From an uncultured Aminicenantes bacterium (GTDB taxonomy: Bacteria; Acidobacteriota; Aminicenantia; UBA2199), in assembly GCA_965195285.1 (NCBI GenBank), contig CBDAFS010000031.1, positions 32,001-96,000 of the forward strand: a stretch of 64,000 nt of DNA, read 5' to 3'. Position 1 is the first letter of the stretch, and every line of letters begins with the position of its first letter. Under the pieces are notes generated by a model. It did no database searches. It was not told where the DNA came from and saw only the letters and a program-made list of their open reading frames with translations. Of this stretch, positions 59,769 through 64,000 are shown piece after piece. A program made the translations under genes and the position numbers.

Positions 59769-61649
59769 ATGTTAAGGCGCTGGAAAAAAGTAGATCTGTT
59801 TATTGTCCTTTTGTTCATTCTGACCGGATTGTCTTTTCTTGCTTTTAGAGATCTGTATCAGATTTTTTTCTGGGTTCTCATTGTGGTACTGGCCTTACGG
59901 GTTTCACTTTTTTTAAAAAGGAAGTTGTTGTGGAAAACCAGAAATCGGCTTATTTTTTCTGGTTTGTTTTTCGTGATTACCCCTATTGTTTTGATTTTGA
60001 TATTCTTTTTGTTTATTGTCTATATTATCATCGCCCAGTACGGGGTGATTATCATTGATAATTTGATTAGTCGACAGGTGGTTCAGTATGAGGCCAATGT
60101 GGAACGATACCTGGTGAATCTGGATGAAAATGAGATGATCAGGCGATCAACCCAACTCACCCGGTTCAAGCCGGAAAACCTGATTATTGCCCTGTATAGA
60201 AAAACAGGAGGAGGCTACCAGCATTTTTTTGTATATCCGGACGGATTTGGTTTCAACAAATTAAAAATCAATCAATATACCGGTTATTTTAAAATAAATA
60301 ACACATTTTACCTTGGGGTGCTAAAAAAACGGGGTGATTTTGCCGTGCTGATTTCCTCGGTGGTGGATCAGGATTTTTTAGATCAACTCTCAACCATTAG
60401 CGATTTTAAAATAAAATTTGTCAAATATGATTCCCTTTCCAGTATGGGTCAGAAGACGGATGAAATTGCCGATATGGCCTCCAATGAAGAGGAAAAGCTT
60501 TTCCTGCCCTGGCCATACAAATTCAAGTTTATTGATTTTGATCAGGATCACTCCGGCAGGATCATTGAAAAAGAGCATCTTCACTGGCTGCTTATTGACT
60601 ATGATAAAATTTTTCAGAAAATCCGCGGGATAAATTCCCATTCTGTACAGGTCAATATCCTGAAATTCATATATTTTTTAATTGGTCTTTTTGCCACTTT
60701 CATTATCATTTCATTTTTCGTTGGTTTTCGGATCATCCGGGTGCTCACCAAATCCATTAATCTGATCACCCGGGGAACCCAGAAAATCAGGAAGGGCGAT
60801 TTCAGTTTTCGCATTAAAATTAAGTCCGGTGATCAACTTCAATATCTGGCTGAATCCTTTAATGAAATGGCTTCGGGAATTAACCGCCTGCTGATTGAGG
60901 AGAAGGAAAAACAGAGACTTGAAGAAGAGTTGAGGATAGCCCGGAGTATCCAATTAAAGCTGCTACCGAAAGAAGAACTGGATACTCCGGAATTTGAGAT
61001 CGCTGCTGTCAATATCCCGGCCGAAGAGATCGCCGGAGATTATTTTGATTACTTTTATGAAGATTCAAAATATATGTATATACTGGTGGCTGACGTTTCC
61101 GGCAAGGGAACATCGGCCGCTTTCTATATGGCAGAATTGAAAGGGATAATGAATTATCTTCAGAAAAAAAAGATATCTCCCGCTGAATTGATTTCCGAAT
61201 GCCATTCCAGTTTGAGCCACTCATTTGACAAGGTAACTTTCATTACCATTAATATTGCAGAATTTAAAATTCCGGAAAAGAAATTCATTCTGTCCCGGGC
61301 CGGACATACACCCGCGCTATATTACAATCATAAAAAGAAGCAATGCATTCAGTTAACTCCGGCTGGGCATGCAATTGGATTGAGAAGTTTTTCCAAGGAA
61401 AGGATAAAAGAAGTTGTGATTCATTACCAGTCAGGCGATATATTGTTTCTTTTTTCGGACGGATTATCAGAAATCATGAATGAAGCGGATGAAATGCTGG
61501 GGATTGAAAACCTGAAAAAAATCATTGAGCAGAATCACCATTTGTCAGCCAATGATATCAAACAAAAGATTCTGGATTTCAGTTTTGATTTTTCAGATTC
61601 CAGCTTCAATTCCGATGATTTAACCTTTATCGTATTGAAAGTAAAGTGA
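59769..61649 (+). CDS. Membrane HAMP + SpoIIE/RsbU-type PP2C phosphatase
   Basis: EEELRIARSIQ, AGDYFD, ADVSGKG, RAGH, FSDGL, DDLT. Confidence 0.92.
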   Translation: MLRRWKKVDLFIVLLFILTGLSFLAFRDLYQIFFWVLIVVLALRVSLFLKRKLLWKTRNRLIFSGLFFVITPIVLILIFFLFIVYIIIAQYGVIIIDNLISRQVVQYEANVERYLVNLDENEMIRRSTQLTRFKPENLIIALYRKTGGGYQHFFVYPDGFGFNKLKINQYTGYFKINNTFYLGVLKKRGDFAVLISSVVDQDFLDQLSTISDFKIKFVKYDSLSSMGQKTDEIADMASNEEEKLFLPWPYKFKFIDFDQDHSGRIIEKEHLHWLLIDYDKIFQKIRGINSHSVQVNILKFIYFLIGLFATFIIISFFVGFRIIRVLTKSINLITRGTQKIRKGDFSFRIKIKSGDQLQYLAESFNEMASGINRLLIEEKEKQRLEEELRIARSIQLKLLPKEELDTPEFEIAAVNIPAEEIAGDYFDYFYEDSKYMYILVADVSGKGTSAAFYMAELKGIMNYLQKKKISPAELISECHSSLSHSFDKVTFITINIAEFKIPEKKFILSRAGHTPALYYNHKKKQCIQLTPAGHAIGLRSFSKERIKEVVIHYQSGDILFLFSDGLSEIMNEADEMLGIENLKKIIEQNHHLSANDIKQKILDFSFDFSDSSFNSDDLTFIVLKVK

Positions 61650-62377
61650 TTGAAGAACTGGAACAAAAAATAAACTACCATTTCAGGAACAAGGAGATTC
61701 TTAGGAATGCCCTGGTGCATAAGTCCTATAACGAGGGGGTAAAAAAGGGGACCATCAACAATGAGAAACTTGAGTTTTTAGGTGATTCGGTAATCAATCT
61801 TATTGTGACGGATCTTTTGTTCAAGCGGTTTAAAAAATCAAGTGAGGGTGATCTGTCAAAGCTAAAGGCCCATCTGGTATCGACAAATTTCCTGTTTGAG
61901 ATTGCCGAGTCCATCAATTTAAAGGATTATATACTTATGGGAAAAAGCGAGGAAAAAGGCGGAGGCAGGAGGAATAAAAAAATTATTTCTTCCCTTTTTG
62001 AGGCAATGGTGGGGGGCATATATATTGATTCCAATTTCAAGCTGGTATCGGCCATCATTGGTCCTTTTTTTAAAAAATTTCTGGAGAGTCTAGTTGAAAA
62101 AGATGTTAAGATAAATGATTACAAGTCAGAGCTTCAGGAAATTCTTCAAAGACACAAGAATATTCTGCCTTTATATGAAATTCTTGAAGAATCAGGCAAA
62201 CCACCCCATATGACTTTTACTGCTGCTGTTTATTTATCCAACCAGGAGATCGGCAAGGGAGAGGGGAAAAGCAAACGACAGGCCGAACAGAACGCTGCAT
62301 TTAATGCCCTGGAAAAGATTGAGGAATTTATAAATTATGAAAAACTATCGGAGGTATTCTTTTTAAAAAATGATTAG
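61646..62377 (+). CDS. rnc: Ribonuclease III
   Basis: NEKLEFLGDS, FEAMVGGIY, DYKSELQE, KRQAEQNAA. Confidence 0.95.
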   Translation: MIEELEQKINYHFRNKEILRNALVHKSYNEGVKKGTINNEKLEFLGDSVINLIVTDLLFKRFKKSSEGDLSKLKAHLVSTNFLFEIAESINLKDYILMGKSEEKGGGRRNKKIISSLFEAMVGGIYIDSNFKLVSAIIGPFFKKFLESLVEKDVKINDYKSELQEILQRHKNILPLYEILEESGKPPHMTFTAAVYLSNQEIGKGEGKSKRQAEQNAAFNALEKIEEFINYEKLSEVFFLKND

Positions 62378-62606
62378 ATTAATTCGCCAAGACGGGGTTG
62401 AGATATTATTAAATGTGGATGTCATTAAATCCATACAGGGAACGGAGCCAACGGTTATCACCCTTGCCAACGGAGAAAAACTGGAAGTAAAAAATCATTC
62501 CCGGGATATTACCGAGAAAATCAAAGCTTATAAGGCCGGGATTGATCTGGCTGATCACAATGGCTTGTTTGTACCCGAGGAAATAGGAAGGGATAAATCT
62601 CGGTAA
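62370..62606 (+). CDS. FlbD/SwrD family small protein
   Basis: MIRL.R.DG..I.LN.D.I..I....TVITL.NG.K..V pattern. Confidence 0.75.
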   Translation: MIRLIRQDGVEILLNVDVIKSIQGTEPTVITLANGEKLEVKNHSRDITEKIKAYKAGIDLADHNGLFVPEEIGRDKSR

Positions 62607-62644
62607 AACCGAATACTGATCGATTCCCGATTAAATCAATGCTC

Positions 62645-62673
62645 TTGCTTTTTAAAACCCAGTAAAGTAAAAT
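62645..62673 (+). promoter_or_regulatory. Promoter of dnaJ abutting the start codon
   Basis: TTGCTT-17bp-TAAAAT-6nt-ATG. Confidence 0.62.
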
Positions 62674-62679
62674 TTCTAT

Positions 62680-63786
62680 ATGAAAGATTACTACCGGATC
62701 CTGGGTATCAACCAGAAGGCACCCCTTTCCGAGATAAAGAAATCCTATAGAAAACTGGCCCGTAAATATCATCCTGATCTGAATCCGGGAGATGAAAATG
62801 CCGAAAAGAATTTTAAAGAAATCACCGAGGCTTATGAAGTATTGAAGGACCCCAAAAAGCGGAAACAATACGATATCTTCGGTTCAGTAAAGGGAGATTT
62901 CAGAAATGACCGGGGGTTTTCGAATTTTGAAGGTTTTGATTTCACTTCACCGGGGGGCGCTTCTTTTGGAGATATATTTGAAACCATTTTTGGCGGGGCT
63001 GGAGGTTTCCAAGCTCAGCAAAAGGCCAGAAAAAACCGGCCACAGAGAGGCGAAGACCTTAATTATTCGATGAATTTAAGTTTTTTAGATGCGGCCAGGG
63101 GTATTGAGACCCCCATTCAGATAGTCAGAAAAGAGACCTGTGCCGCCTGCAAAGGCAAAGGAATTCAATCGGATTCGTCTAAAAAAACTTGTTCGGTATG
63201 CAAGGGAAGTGGTCGAATCCAGAAGCAGACCGGTTTTATGAAGTTTGCCTCGCTCTGTACCCATTGTGGGGGGAGCGGGATTTTACCAGGTGATACCTGT
63301 ACTTCCTGTCGGGGTGAAGGCAGGATTGAAAAAGTCGCCCGGATCAAGGTGAAAATTCCTCCCGGAGTTGATAATCACTCAAGGGTGAGAATCAACGGAA
63401 AGGGCAATACCGGAAAATTCGGAGGTCCGGGTGGTGATTTGATCATTACCATTCAGGTGACACCGCATCCGTTTTTCAAACGGGATGGCCGTCATTTGGA
63501 AATTGAATTACCTGTAACCTATGCGGAAGCTGCATTGGGAGCGAAAATCGAAGTCCCCACCCTGGACGGTTATTCGGTATTGAAAGTCCCACCCTCCATT
63601 CAATCGGGTGTTAAATTGAGATTAAAAGCCAAGGGTATCCTGAATCCAAAAACCAAAAGCATGGGAGATATGATTGTCAGGATTAAAATTATTCCACCCT
63701 CTATTAAAGATTTGGAGGTCAGGGATTTGCTCAAGAAGATCGAAAAAATTGCGCCTTATAACCCGAGAGAGGGGCTGGGTAAATGA
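62680..63786 (+). CDS. dnaJ: Chaperone DnaJ
   Basis: HPD J-domain, G/F region, four CxxCxGxG repeats. Confidence 0.95.
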   Translation: MKDYYRILGINQKAPLSEIKKSYRKLARKYHPDLNPGDENAEKNFKEITEAYEVLKDPKKRKQYDIFGSVKGDFRNDRGFSNFEGFDFTSPGGASFGDIFETIFGGAGGFQAQQKARKNRPQRGEDLNYSMNLSFLDAARGIETPIQIVRKETCAACKGKGIQSDSSKKTCSVCKGSGRIQKQTGFMKFASLCTHCGGSGILPGDTCTSCRGEGRIEKVARIKVKIPPGVDNHSRVRINGKGNTGKFGGPGGDLIITIQVTPHPFFKRDGRHLEIELPVTYAEAALGAKIEVPTLDGYSVLKVPPSIQSGVKLRLKAKGILNPKTKSMGDMIVRIKIIPPSIKDLEVRDLLKKIEKIAPYNPREGLGK

Positions 63787-64000
63787 AGGAAAAAACCTAT
63801 TTGATATCGGCAGTGGCTTCTAAATATAATATCCATCCCCAAACCCTGCGTCTGTATGAGCGGGAGGGATTGTTGATTCCCAGCCGGACCAAAGGAAATA
63901 CCCGGGTATACAAAGAGGAGGATTTAAAAAAACTGGAATTTATATTGAATCTGTCCAGGGATATGGGTGTGAATCTGGCCGGAATCGAAATCATTCTCAA
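63783..64000 (+). CDS. hspR: HspR-like MerR-family heat-shock regulator (3'-truncated by the window; absent from the ORF track)
   Basis: MKEKTYLISAVASKYNIHPQTLRLYEREGLLIPSRTKGNTRVY...MGVNLAGIEII; ATGA overlap with dnaJ. Confidence 0.88.
   Translation, partial: MKEKTYLISAVASKYNIHPQTLRLYEREGLLIPSRTKGNTRVYKEEDLKKLEFILNLSRDMGVNLAGIEIIL

Noticed and set aside
63797-64000. Minus-strand 67-aa ORF
   Set aside because: Antisense to the real hspR-like gene on the plus strand
1-64000. CRISPR array, tRNA, rRNA, prophage, or Sec/Pyl readthrough
   Set aside because: Intergenic gaps are short; I saw no regularly spaced repeats, cloverleafs, phage genes or interrupted conserved frames by eye (a covariance-model scan would be needed to exclude small RNAs)

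Overview
Gene-dense 64 kb segment of an anaerobic diderm (LPS-making) bacterium. The gene content is compatible with Ca. Aminicenantes or a related Acidobacteriota-like lineage (inference only). It holds about 52 intact CDS: an acyl-CoA catabolic operon (thiolase, acyl-CoA dehydrogenase, three-part biotin carboxylase), arsR-arsM, kdsA-kdsD-kdsC-lpxH, ftsK, tdh, cstA, cysC, secA-guaB, brnTA, several VWA proteins, ribH-nusB-lysS-lolC/E-namZ, and rnc-flbD plus dnaJ-hspR. I saw no rRNA, tRNA or CRISPR array. The most notable observations are: (1) an operon joining a tungsten/molybdenum aldehyde:ferredoxin oxidoreductase, an aspartate-type aminotransferase, an unrecognised 412-aa protein and a homoserine dehydrogenase, preceded by a diverged GMP-synthase ATPPase-only gene, which is a candidate undescribed kinase-free aspartate/homoserine pathway; (2) an HUH/Y1 transposase bounded by 23-bp hairpin-forming terminal inverted repeats, with a related 51-bp palindromic mini-element elsewhere and one-sided tandem duplications at the element ends; (3) an 843-aa membrane protein with a protein-kinase-like fold that lacks the catalytic Asp; (4) repeated sigma70 promoters directly abutting start codons, suggesting leaderless mRNAs; (5) a truncated cholesterol-oxidase/GMC gene remnant missed by the ORF track. 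All calls come from motif recognition by eye, without database searches.
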